Shown in pieces: positions 56,241 to 64,000 of a stretch of DNA of 64,000 bases. The translations under genes and the position numbers were made by a program. The notes under the pieces are model-generated. The model was not told where the DNA came from. It searched no databases and saw nothing but the letters and a program-made list of their open reading frames with translations. Origin of the DNA: Ilumatobacteraceae bacterium (lineage in GTDB: Bacteria > Actinomycetota > Acidimicrobiia > Acidimicrobiales > Ilumatobacteraceae); NCBI GenBank assembly GCA_044361815.1, contig JBIKID010000001.1, positions 38,103-102,102 of the forward strand. The letters are read 5' to 3'. Each line of letters opens with the position of its first letter. Within the stretch, counting starts at the first letter, position 1.

Positions 56241-57179
56241 ATGGCATCACCAAAGCAACGCATCGGCTATTTGGGCCCAGAGGGCACCTTTACGCAGCAG
56301 GCTCTGCGAAGCCAAGCCGATCTTGCAGGTGCAGAACACATTCCATTTCGCACGGTTGTCGATGTACTCGATGCTGTTGAAGATGGGTCTATCTCACTTG
56401 GGTTTGTGCCAATCGAAAACTCTATTGAGGGCACGGTCAACTACACCCAAGATGCACTGGTGTTCGACCACGATTTACTTATCCAACGAGAAGTTGTGCT
56501 TGATATCGAGATGTGCTTGTTGGCTAAAAAAGGTGCAACCCTTCAGCAAGTAACCAAGATTTATTCGATGCCAGTTGCAACGGCACAGTGTCATGGGTAT
56601 ATCCGTGAGCATGCGCCACAAGCAGAAGTATTTGTGGCCAACTCCACAGCCGAAGCAGCGCGAACCGTTAGTGAGTCTGGTGACAACACTATGGTTGCTG
56701 TTGCACCACGCAACGCTGCGTCTATTTATGGACTTGAGGTAATTGCCGAAAACATTGCGGATCAATCTGGCAACCAAACACGTTTCGTTCTTGTGGCCAA
56801 AGAAGGTATTCCTGTTCCAACAGGTCATGATCGCACAGCGCTGGTTGTCTTTCAGCGCGCTGACGAGCCTGGCAGTTTGCTTTCAATCTTGCAAGAGTTT
56901 GCTGCTCGTCGTATCAACTTGTCGCAATTGCTGTCACGGCCAACACGTAGCGGTGGGTTGGGTGATTACTGCTTCATTATGTATGCAGACGGGCACATTA
57001 AAGATGAGTTAATGGCTGATGCATTGCGAGATCTCCATGCCAAACACGGAGACGTCAAATTTATGGGTTCGTATCCTGCTTTTGGGGAGCATGCACATAC
57101 GGCTCGAGAACATGCCGACACCAGATGGCGTGAAGCAGATGATTGGATCTCAGCGCTCAGAGCGCGTATTGCGCGCTAG
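56241..57179 (+). CDS. pheA: Prephenate dehydratase
   Basis: IGYLGPEGTFTQQA, NQTRFVLV, ACT domain with the LSRPT(R) motif. Confidence 0.92.
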   Translation: MASPKQRIGYLGPEGTFTQQALRSQADLAGAEHIPFRTVVDVLDAVEDGSISLGFVPIENSIEGTVNYTQDALVFDHDLLIQREVVLDIEMCLLAKKGATLQQVTKIYSMPVATAQCHGYIREHAPQAEVFVANSTAEAARTVSESGDNTMVAVAPRNAASIYGLEVIAENIADQSGNQTRFVLVAKEGIPVPTGHDRTALVVFQRADEPGSLLSILQEFAARRINLSQLLSRPTRSGGLGDYCFIMYADGHIKDELMADALRDLHAKHGDVKFMGSYPAFGEHAHTAREHADTRWREADDWISALRARIAR

Positions 57180-57190
57180 CGTTCCTCAAC

Positions 57191-57277
57191 GGAACGGTGG
57201 CAGAGTGGACAAACGCATCCGCCTTGAAAGCGGACGGCTCAAAAGGCCCGGGGGTTCGAATCCCTCCCGTTCCGCCA
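57191..57277 (+). tRNA. tRNA-Ser (anticodon UGA), CCA encoded
   Basis: Acceptor ggaacgg/ccgttcc, anticodon arm tccgc-ctTGAaa-gcgga, long variable arm, T-loop ggttcgaatcc. Confidence 0.9.
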
Positions 57278-57311
57278 GTACACTCAATCCTCATTCGTCG
57301 GTGCTGTTCTA

Positions 57312-57402
57312 GGAGAGGTGCCAGAGCGGCCGAATGGGGCGCCCTGCTAAGGCGTTGTCCGGGTAAACCGGACCGTGGGTTCAAATCCCACCCTCTCCGC
57401 CA
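57312..57402 (+). tRNA. tRNA-Ser (anticodon GCU), CCA encoded
   Basis: Acceptor ggagagg/cctctcc, anticodon loop ctGCTaa, long variable arm, T-loop ggttcaaatcc. Confidence 0.9.
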
Positions 57403-57956
57403 TGGTTGTTCGTAACAGGTTGGTACTCCTGTGCGCTGCTGCACTTGTGTGCAGTCTTGCGTCACCACAGCAAGTTGCTGCTGCGTCGTGTGCAAAAACT
57501 TATGTCGCCAAACGTGGTGATTCGTGGTGGTCTATTGCGCAGAAATCAGGGACCACGCTGAACCGAGTGCTCAAACTCAATGGTGCAAAAACAAGCACGA
57601 AAGTTTTGATTGGCGACGAAGTGTGTGTGCCTGATCAGTCGACACCGGCCACAACAATCCCTGATATTCCCAAGTACACGCAAGCACAAGTGATTCAAAT
57701 CATTCGAGATGCGTGGCCCGATGACCTTGAAGAACGTGCCCTGTTTATCGCACACCGTGAAAGCAAGTACCGACCCGGGGCGGTGAGTGGAAGCAAGTGT
57801 TGCTATGGCCTCTTCCAGATTTACTATCGCTGGCACAAGACATGGCTGCCCGAAGTTGGAGTCACGTCGGCCAATCAATTACTTGACCCTCGGCTAAATG
57901 CCGCCTCCGCCTACAAGTTGTATCAACGCAATAACGGCTGGGGTCCTTGGAAGTAG
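57402..57956 (+). CDS. Secreted LysM + lytic transglycosylase-like protein
   Basis: Signal peptide, LysM (YVAKRGDSWWSIAQKSGTTLNRVLKLNG), C-domain HRESKY...YGLFQI. The ATG at 57402 shares its A with the tRNA CCA end. The track start 57375 lies inside the tRNA. Confidence 0.78.
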   Translation: MVVRNRLVLLCAAALVCSLASPQQVAAASCAKTYVAKRGDSWWSIAQKSGTTLNRVLKLNGAKTSTKVLIGDEVCVPDQSTPATTIPDIPKYTQAQVIQIIRDAWPDDLEERALFIAHRESKYRPGAVSGSKCCYGLFQIYYRWHKTWLPEVGVTSANQLLDPRLNAASAYKLYQRNNGWGPWK

Positions 57957-58008
57957 AAGAATTTGTGTAGCCGTTATCTCGATGGCAAGTAGACTGGTTA
58001 CTTGTTAA

Positions 58009-58084
58009 GCGCTCGTAGCTCAATGGATAGAGCATCTGACTACGGATCAGAAGGTTGTCGGTTCGACTCCGGCCGAGCGCACCA
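58009..58084 (+). tRNA. tRNA-Arg (anticodon ACG), CCA encoded
   Basis: Acceptor gcgctcg/cgagcgc, anticodon arm tctga-ctACGga-tcaga, T-loop ggttcgactcc. Confidence 0.9.
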
Positions 58085-58161
58085 ATAGATGAATTACGCT
58101 GAGAGTATGCGCCGGATCTCCTATGCGTCGATCATCAGTCATTTAGTGACGGTGACCAAAA

Positions 58162-59070
58162 ATGTTCATGGATGAAAAACGCATCACATATGCTGTGCCG
58201 TATTATTCAGGTCTTGGCTATCTACGAATGGCTCTGCAAAGTCTCATTGATCAGGAAAATCCACAATGGTTAGCAGTTGTACTCGATGATCGAGGCGGCG
58301 AAGATGCAGAGGAAACTGTTCGATCATTTAATGACGACCGAATTTCTTATGTGCGAAATGAGACGAATCTTGGTCTTGCCGGAAACTGGAATAAAGCATT
58401 AGCAACAGTTACAACAGAGTTTGTGACACTTTTCCATTCCGATGATGAACTTGAAAGCAACTACACAGATTTAATACTCGGACTAATGGATCGACACAAA
58501 GAAGCAGTAGCAGGGCATTGTCGTGCGCGTGTGATTGGCCCAGATGGGAAAGATCTTTGGTCGTTGCCGGACGAGGTGAAGAAGATAATTCGTCCTAAGG
58601 GAACCGACGATATTGTCACGCAAGGCGAGGCAGGTCTACTGTCTCTTGTAAAGGGCGCATGGATATTTTGCCCAACATTGTGTTACCGCAAGAAGCTGCT
58701 CCCATTGGGAGGTTTTAGCAGTACGTGGAAGTTTGTACTTGATGTCGATCTCACATCCAGAATCTTGTTTGATGGCGGCGTGATAGTAGGGACTCCCGCA
58801 GTGGGTTATCGCTATCGCAGACATTTGACAAATCAAACTGCATTACTCACAGAGTCAAATATCAGATTCCAAGAAGAAATTGATCATCTGAATCAAGTGT
58901 CAATGAGAAGTTCTCAGATTGGTTGGAAGCGAGTCAAACGAAACGCTGATCGCAAAGTGATAGTACGACTGCACTTGCTGTACCAGGCGTTGCGTGCAAT
59001 CGTCGAACTGAAGTGGTCGCGCATCTGGCCGTTGTTGCATGGTGCAATATTTGGTCATCTGAAATCATGA
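58162..59070 (+). CDS. Family 2 glycosyltransferase
   Basis: YAVPYYSGLGYLRMALQSLIDQ, VVLDDRG, FHSDDE (DxD). Confidence 0.85.
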   Translation: MFMDEKRITYAVPYYSGLGYLRMALQSLIDQENPQWLAVVLDDRGGEDAEETVRSFNDDRISYVRNETNLGLAGNWNKALATVTTEFVTLFHSDDELESNYTDLILGLMDRHKEAVAGHCRARVIGPDGKDLWSLPDEVKKIIRPKGTDDIVTQGEAGLLSLVKGAWIFCPTLCYRKKLLPLGGFSSTWKFVLDVDLTSRILFDGGVIVGTPAVGYRYRRHLTNQTALLTESNIRFQEEIDHLNQVSMRSSQIGWKRVKRNADRKVIVRLHLLYQALRAIVELKWSRIWPLLHGAIFGHLKS

Positions 59071-60197
59071 ACAATTCCGTCAGCCAAATAGGGACCGAGA
59101 CATCGGTGCCACATTTGAAGCGAATAAATGGCCTCGATGGGCTCCGTGCATTCGCGGTGATGCTGGTATTCACCTCTCATATGTTTATGGCCGTCCCAGA
59201 GTTACTCGGACAAACTTGGTATCGGGTGTTCCCGCGAGGGGGATATCTCGGGGTGAATGGGTTTTTTGTTCTCAGTGGGTTCCTGATCACGTATCGCCTC
59301 TTGGGAACGGCACACCATGACGGACGGTTTCGTTGGCGGCAGTTCTATGTGCATAGAGCAGTGCGACTTTTCCCTGCAATGTTCTTTGTGCTGGCGGCGC
59401 ATTTCGTATACGCAATGATCTTCGACTTTCCACCGCTGGGTGTTGTTGCGGATGAGTGGACAATGGTCAGGTCAACCATTTTTCAATACGCGAATTGGAC
59501 AATTTATAAGCATCCACTTTTGTTAATTGACAACGTTTCACTTTGGTCTCTCTCGATTGAAGGGCAGTTCTATATTCTCTGGCCTGCCATTGCGTATGTG
59601 ATTTTTCAAAAAACTAAGAAGCCGATTTTTGGACTGCTGATACTTGCAACTGGGATTATCCTCCTCGTCTTTCATCGAGCTTTCGTTTATAACGACCTCG
59701 GATGGTACGCGGCGTATTTGCGGTCAGATACCCGGTTCGAAAGTTTGCTCATCGGAGCCTTTGGGGGTTTTCTCTGGTTGAAGACGAATTACATAAAGGC
59801 GCAGTTTGTACGGGTGATGAGCATCCCCGCAACAATCTGCGTCATTTTGACGGTCTGTTACAGCAGGGCCGATGGTTCTTTTATATGGAAAGGAGGAATG
59901 ACACTATTTGATGCTTCGATACTGGTGATCATCCTTGCTCTCGCCGCTGATGTTTACCCTGGCGGAAAACTGTTGACGGCGCGCCCAACTGAATGGGTGG
60001 GAAGAATTTCGTATGGATTGTATTTGTGGCAAATTCCAATTTTTCGGATTATTGACCGCCACGGATCCACATTGTCGAGTAGCACGCGATTGGTGTTGGC
60101 TGTGACTGGTGTCTTTGGTGTCAGTATTTTGTCGTGGTACGCGCTTGAGCGTCCTGTGATGAAATCGCGTTGGGCAAAACAGCTAGCGGGTAATTGA
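59067..60197 (+). CDS. Acyltransferase family 3 membrane protein (O-acyltransferase)
   Basis: INGLDGLRAFAVMLVF...GVNGFFVLSGFLIT, about 10 hydrophobic segments. ATGA overlap with the GT2 stop. Confidence 0.85.
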   Translation: MNNSVSQIGTETSVPHLKRINGLDGLRAFAVMLVFTSHMFMAVPELLGQTWYRVFPRGGYLGVNGFFVLSGFLITYRLLGTAHHDGRFRWRQFYVHRAVRLFPAMFFVLAAHFVYAMIFDFPPLGVVADEWTMVRSTIFQYANWTIYKHPLLLIDNVSLWSLSIEGQFYILWPAIAYVIFQKTKKPIFGLLILATGIILLVFHRAFVYNDLGWYAAYLRSDTRFESLLIGAFGGFLWLKTNYIKAQFVRVMSIPATICVILTVCYSRADGSFIWKGGMTLFDASILVIILALAADVYPGGKLLTARPTEWVGRISYGLYLWQIPIFRIIDRHGSTLSSSTRLVLAVTGVFGVSILSWYALERPVMKSRWAKQLAGN

Positions 60198-61382
60198 AAA
60201 CTTGCGATTCTTCAGGCGAAGCGCTGGGGTCTCGATAAGCATCCATGATGCTGTCGTGAACAGTGCTGTAAGGAAGAGGGCCGTCGTTACTTTGTAGATT
60301 TCATCAATAGTGGTCATTTGCCGGTTGACGAATGCAAAAATTGGATAGTGCCACAGGTATATCCCGTACGACGTCTTGCCGATCAAAACGATAAATCGGC
60401 CCGAGAGCAGTCGGGACAAATAAAAGGTGCTTGTGGTGAGTCCAAGAATTAAACACCCAACGCTGACCGCAACAATGGTAAATCCGCCACTGAACATATA
60501 ACCCGTATACGGTTGTGAAAATTCAAGATAAAGAAAAAGTACGATCACTCCAAATGCCGCAAGCATCTGCGAGAGTTTGATCGAGATGAGACGGTATCGA
60601 TAAATAAATGCAGTGATACATCCAACAAGCAGCGAGTCGATTCGCGCATCAGTACGAATAAAAATGGTGAATCGTTCGTAAGGGACTTCAGTAGTTGTTG
60701 TCCAAAGGACATGACGGTGCCACATTACAAATACAATAAGGGCGGCGATAAACGAAATGTGGATGAGCGTTTTCCTGGTGAAGCGGAGCAAAATAGTCAC
60801 AACGGCGGGCCAGACAATATAGAACTGTTCCTCTATTGAGAGCGACCACAAGTAGCCAAGATCTCCGTATGACTTTGGGAAATTAAAGACATATTGCCAG
60901 TTAAGGAAATAAAAGAAACTTGCCCAGATTCCTGATGAGATTGAGGAGAATGCCTGCCCCTCAAGAACTGTGACGATGCTGTACAGAACTAAAAGAAGAC
61001 TGAGTGCAGGGAGCAGGCGTAGAAATCGTCGGCCGTAGAAGCGAAGCAAGTAAATCTTGGAATGCACTGCGTGCTCATTGAGCAGCAAAGACGTGATGAG
61101 GAAACCACTGAGGACGAAAAAAATGTCGACTCCGAGAAAACCACCACGAAAGAAATGATCGATGAAAGTGATTCCGGTGAGCCCTTGTGGGGCTAAAACT
61201 TCAAAATGACGAGTTAGAACGAGGATTACTGCAACACCGCGCAGACCATCCAATGATGTGATGTGGTGAAGACGCTGGATTTGCTTCTCAGTCACGACGA
61301 AAGTGACGCACGCGATCAATGAGCCGAAGCACACGATTGGCAAATGAATTGGAAATTCCGAGCCGACGTTTGGCCTTATCAA
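60183..61382 (-). CDS. Acyltransferase family 3 membrane protein (paralog, convergent)
   Basis: ITSLDGLRGVAVILVL...GVDIFFVLSGFLIT. The real start is probably GTG 61295, 2 nt upstream of the preceding gene's stop. The track start 61382 overlaps that gene by 95 nt. Confidence 0.83.
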   Translation of the reverse strand: MIRPNVGSEFPIHLPIVCFGSLIACVTFVVTEKQIQRLHHITSLDGLRGVAVILVLTRHFEVLAPQGLTGITFIDHFFRGGFLGVDIFFVLSGFLITSLLLNEHAVHSKIYLLRFYGRRFLRLLPALSLLLVLYSIVTVLEGQAFSSISSGIWASFFYFLNWQYVFNFPKSYGDLGYLWSLSIEEQFYIVWPAVVTILLRFTRKTLIHISFIAALIVFVMWHRHVLWTTTTEVPYERFTIFIRTDARIDSLLVGCITAFIYRYRLISIKLSQMLAAFGVIVLFLYLEFSQPYTGYMFSGGFTIVAVSVGCLILGLTTSTFYLSRLLSGRFIVLIGKTSYGIYLWHYPIFAFVNRQMTTIDEIYKVTTALFLTALFTTASWMLIETPALRLKNRKFSITR

Positions 61383-62154
61383 AAATGCGCAAAGTCATCT
61401 TGTCCAGATAGATCAAGATTCCTTTGGAGCCGTCGTTTGGCCGAGCACGATATTCCGTCGATCGCACATTCGGTTTGTCTTCGTATGTGAAGTAATACAG
61501 TGCCATGGACCGCCTTGCGACGCCATCAGGGCATTGCAATGGGTCGGGGTGCCCATGAAACGATGTTGCATCGGTGGCAAAAATGAGAACTCGGTTGCCG
61601 AGTGGTTGCACGACCTTTTCTGCATGCGACATCGTGGCATCCCAAAGCTCAAGCCCACCGCCATATTCAGGTAGCCAGTTTTCATTGCAATACAGCAAAA
61701 GATTTAGGCGCCGTTTCCATTGACGCTGATGTGGATGCACCGTGAAGTCGGCATGCATGTTGAGAAATCCACCACGCAACGATTGGTGCAGCCCGCCTCC
61801 CTCAAAAGTGGGATCAACCAAAAGATTGTTTATTCCCGTGAGTTCTTCGAGGAGTGAAACGAATTCAGGGGTGTTCAATTCACGAGCGATTTGCTGCAAT
61901 GTTGGACCCCAAGTAGCAGGGTTGGAATTGGCAAATTTTCTTTCGTTTACGTGAAGGTATCCGGTCCATTGCTCTTTACTGACGACATCAAAGTCGGCCA
62001 TTGCTTGCTGAAAAACATTTGCTGGAAGAAAGTTGTCAATGACAACGTGTTGGTAAGGATGAGCAGTTGCAAACTCTGTTTTGAGCGCTGAAAGTCGCTC
62101 GCGAACTCCTCCGATATTCAATGCGGCAAAGTTTGAAGACGTATCACTGCTCAT
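61288..62154 (-). CDS. 2OG-Fe(II) oxygenase (proline-hydroxylase-like)
   Basis: NMHADF (H-x-D), SFHGHPDP distal His, RRSMALYY. 288 aa. Confidence 0.7.
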   Translation of the reverse strand: MSSDTSSNFAALNIGGVRERLSALKTEFATAHPYQHVVIDNFLPANVFQQAMADFDVVSKEQWTGYLHVNERKFANSNPATWGPTLQQIARELNTPEFVSLLEELTGINNLLVDPTFEGGGLHQSLRGGFLNMHADFTVHPHQRQWKRRLNLLLYCNENWLPEYGGGLELWDATMSHAEKVVQPLGNRVLIFATDATSFHGHPDPLQCPDGVARRSMALYYFTYEDKPNVRSTEYRARPNDGSKGILIYLDKMTLRIFDKAKRRLGISNSFANRVLRLIDRVRHFRRD

Positions 62155-63599
62155 AGTTTGAGCTCGTAGATGAATTGATAGGCGAAAAGTGGGGGGCGAA
62201 GCTTGACAAGTGCCATGTCAATGACACGAAGTGGCGCAATGATGAATTTTGGAATCTTTGTGTTTCCCCGCGAGAGAACATCAAAAGGAAATCCCGTACA
62301 GGCAACTCGTTGCACGCTGTAACCAGCAGTTTGAGCAAGTCGCTTAAAGCTTCGATGTGTGAAGAAGCGCACGTGAGTTCGATCAAGAATTCCGCGGCGA
62401 TCGTAGTCAAAGAGTCCAAACATGGTTCTCACACGCGGATACCAATGACCAAAGTTTGGGATGCTGACGAGAACACTTCCCCCAGGGGCAACAACGGCAC
62501 GAAGTTCGCTGAGAAGCACATCAGGTTGTCGCACATGCTCGACAACGTCTGCACACAACACAACATCAAATAGGCCAGGGATGTCTTTGGGGAGACCTTG
62601 GTCTAGGTCGGCTTGAATGAAATTGTCTAGGCGGCCCTTGACAAGTTCGTGGCACTCGACGTCGATGCCCACGACAACATGGCCAAGCGCGCGAATGCGT
62701 TCTCCTAGAGCACCATCAGAACACCCAACGTCGAGGACGTTGCAAGGAGATTTCTTGCTGAGTTGGCGAAGTAAGACCCCGTGTGAAGAATCAACGGATG
62801 TCTTTATTTCGTACGCATGATTTTGCGGGATGTATTTTCCCGAGCCGAGGCCCATTTTGTGAAGTCGATAGCGGAATGTCTCGACCATCACTTGGCGGCC
62901 ATATTTGAGACCATCAACATGACAGATCTCGTCTCCGTAGTACGTAGGAATTGGAATCTCCATAATTCGAGCACCTGATGCGTGCAACTGCAAAATGATT
63001 TGCGTGTCAAAATCAAAACCATCGGAGTTGCGCTGGAGAGCAAGTTTTTGCAACGCCGACACTGAGTAAGCGCGATAACCACTGTGCCACTCAGAGAGAT
63101 CAGTCCCGGCCATTGCATTTTCCCAGCGGGTCAAAATTTTATTCCCAACCAATTTGTAGAGAGGCATTCCGCCGCGCCGCGCCGCGCCTTGTTCCATCAT
63201 GCGCGAACCAAAGACAGCTTCAGCCGAGCCATTGAGCAATGGAGCAACCATCTCAGGCAACAATTCGGGAGCGTATTGACCGTCTCCGTGGAGCAACACG
63301 ATGACGTCAAGACCAAGTTCTTGGGCCCACGCGTATCCAGCCTTTTGATTACCGCCATATCCCAAGTTGATTGGATGTCTAAGAATGTGAAGAGGCAGAT
63401 GGGTAGTTGAACGCTGGTATTCAAGTGCTGCATCGTGTGTTTGGTCGTGGCTTGCATCGTCACAGACGAGCACTGCAGAAATCTGGGGAGCAAAATCTTT
63501 GGGAATACGATCAAGCACATTGGCCAGAGTGCTCTCCGCGTTGTAGGCGACGATTAGGACTCCGATTTTTAATGATGAAATGTTGATGTTTGCTCTCAT
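62151..63599 (-). CDS. Fusion of a family 2 glycosyltransferase and a class I SAM methyltransferase
   Basis: N-terminus IGVLIVAYNAES...VCDDASHD...LLHGDGQY. C-terminus VLDVGCSDGALG...DVVLCADVVEHV...APGGSVLVSIPN. Confidence 0.85.
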   Translation of the reverse strand: MRANINISSLKIGVLIVAYNAESTLANVLDRIPKDFAPQISAVLVCDDASHDQTHDAALEYQRSTTHLPLHILRHPINLGYGGNQKAGYAWAQELGLDVIVLLHGDGQYAPELLPEMVAPLLNGSAEAVFGSRMMEQGAARRGGMPLYKLVGNKILTRWENAMAGTDLSEWHSGYRAYSVSALQKLALQRNSDGFDFDTQIILQLHASGARIMEIPIPTYYGDEICHVDGLKYGRQVMVETFRYRLHKMGLGSGKYIPQNHAYEIKTSVDSSHGVLLRQLSKKSPCNVLDVGCSDGALGERIRALGHVVVGIDVECHELVKGRLDNFIQADLDQGLPKDIPGLFDVVLCADVVEHVRQPDVLLSELRAVVAPGGSVLVSIPNFGHWYPRVRTMFGLFDYDRRGILDRTHVRFFTHRSFKRLAQTAGYSVQRVACTGFPFDVLSRGNTKIPKFIIAPLRVIDMALVKLRPPLFAYQFIYELKL

Positions 63600-64000
63600 G
63601 AGTTTTTCTCTATTTTACCCAACTCGATTGATACGTCACCAAGCGGGGCATCAGATTGCAACAGAACTTTTTGAGTTTCCCATCCGAACCAAGTTGGACA
63701 CGACGCTACTTGTGCACCACCAATGTGCTTTCCCTTGGCGGTGTCGAAAGCGATAGCTCGTTTTGCATCGAGGGAGACGTCGTAGAGACGGAGTTTGTTC
63801 TCGTTGAAACCACTTTTGCTACGCAGAACTATCCATGAGAAGTCTGTGAAATTTGATGGCAAATCGAGCAGAGTGAGGTACTTAGATTCGCCGCTCAAGC
63901 CGATCTGGATTTTTCCGCTTTCAGATGGAATTATTTTTGGTACAGCAAATTCTCCTGTGATTTGCCCAGCGGCGGGTGTTACGACCTTTATGTCGACTCC
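63596..64000 (-). CDS. Hypothetical protein, 3' part (frame stays open to the window edge)
   Basis: I translated upstream of the track start (TTG 63898) and found no stop up to position 64000. ATGA overlap with the downstream GT2-methyltransferase gene. No family recognised. Confidence 0.45.
   Translation of the reverse strand, partial: GVDIKVVTPAAGQITGEFAVPKIIPSESGKIQIGLSGESKYLTLLDLPSNFTDFSWIVLRSKSGFNENKLRLYDVSLDAKRAIAFDTAKGKHIGGAQVASCPTWFGWETQKVLLQSDAPLGDVSIELGKIEKNS

Noticed and set aside
19920-64000. Calling the whole glycan region, or parts of it, a mobile element or prophage.
   Set aside because: No integrase, transposase, recombinase, phage structural or conjugation genes were recognisable in any frame of the ORF track. 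Only compositional shifts, tRNA adjacency and one att-like repeat support horizontal origin.

Overview
Replication-origin region of a moderate-GC actinobacterium. The first ~20 kb holds core genes. They are dnaA(3' part)-oriC-dnaN-recF-DUF721-gyrB-gyrA-DUF3566, tRNA-Ile, a Fur-family regulator, MgtE-N/CBS + DUF1003, tRNA-Ala, thiolase, crgA, pabA/trpG and a shortened pknB-pstP-fhaA cluster. From 19.9 kb to the window end there is a long, mosaic cell-surface glycan locus. It has about 10 Leloir-type glycosyltransferase genes (7 GT2-like, 3 GT4) and 3 large GT-C-like membrane proteins. It also has a Wzm/Wzt exporter, CDP-3,6-dideoxyhexose genes, methyl- and acyl-transferases and two 2OG-Fe(II) oxygenases. 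Four tRNA genes (Leu, Ser, Ser, Arg) and a few housekeeping genes (L,D-transpeptidase, pheA, LysM transglycosylase) interrupt the locus. I recognised no integrase, transposase, CRISPR array or rRNA.

Most interesting observations:
- A tightly coupled cassette at 48.5-56.2 kb starts with a genuine E1-type 3-dehydrase. It continues with a GtrB-like GT2, an SDR, a DHQS-fold protein, an ALS/YerE-like ThDP enzyme and an HpcH-like protein. I cannot match this gene set to any described sugar pathway.
- A perfect 12-bp x8 in-frame repeat sits in a coiled-coil methyltransferase near a Wzt exporter.
- Three coiled-coil modules end in TW[RK]-x7-P-x-R, and each is linked to a GT2.
- A ddhA-ddhB-(pseudo)ddhC-prt-tyv-like cluster is collinear with Salmonella group D. 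Its ddhC is broken and its 3' end is replaced by an AT-rich membrane-GT cassette.
- An MBL-Rieske fusion lies next to the intact E1, and no E3 reductase is present.
- A 21-bp copy of the tRNA-Leu 3' end brackets a 2.6-kb surface-protein segment.

All functional calls come from reading the translations by eye. No database search was run.
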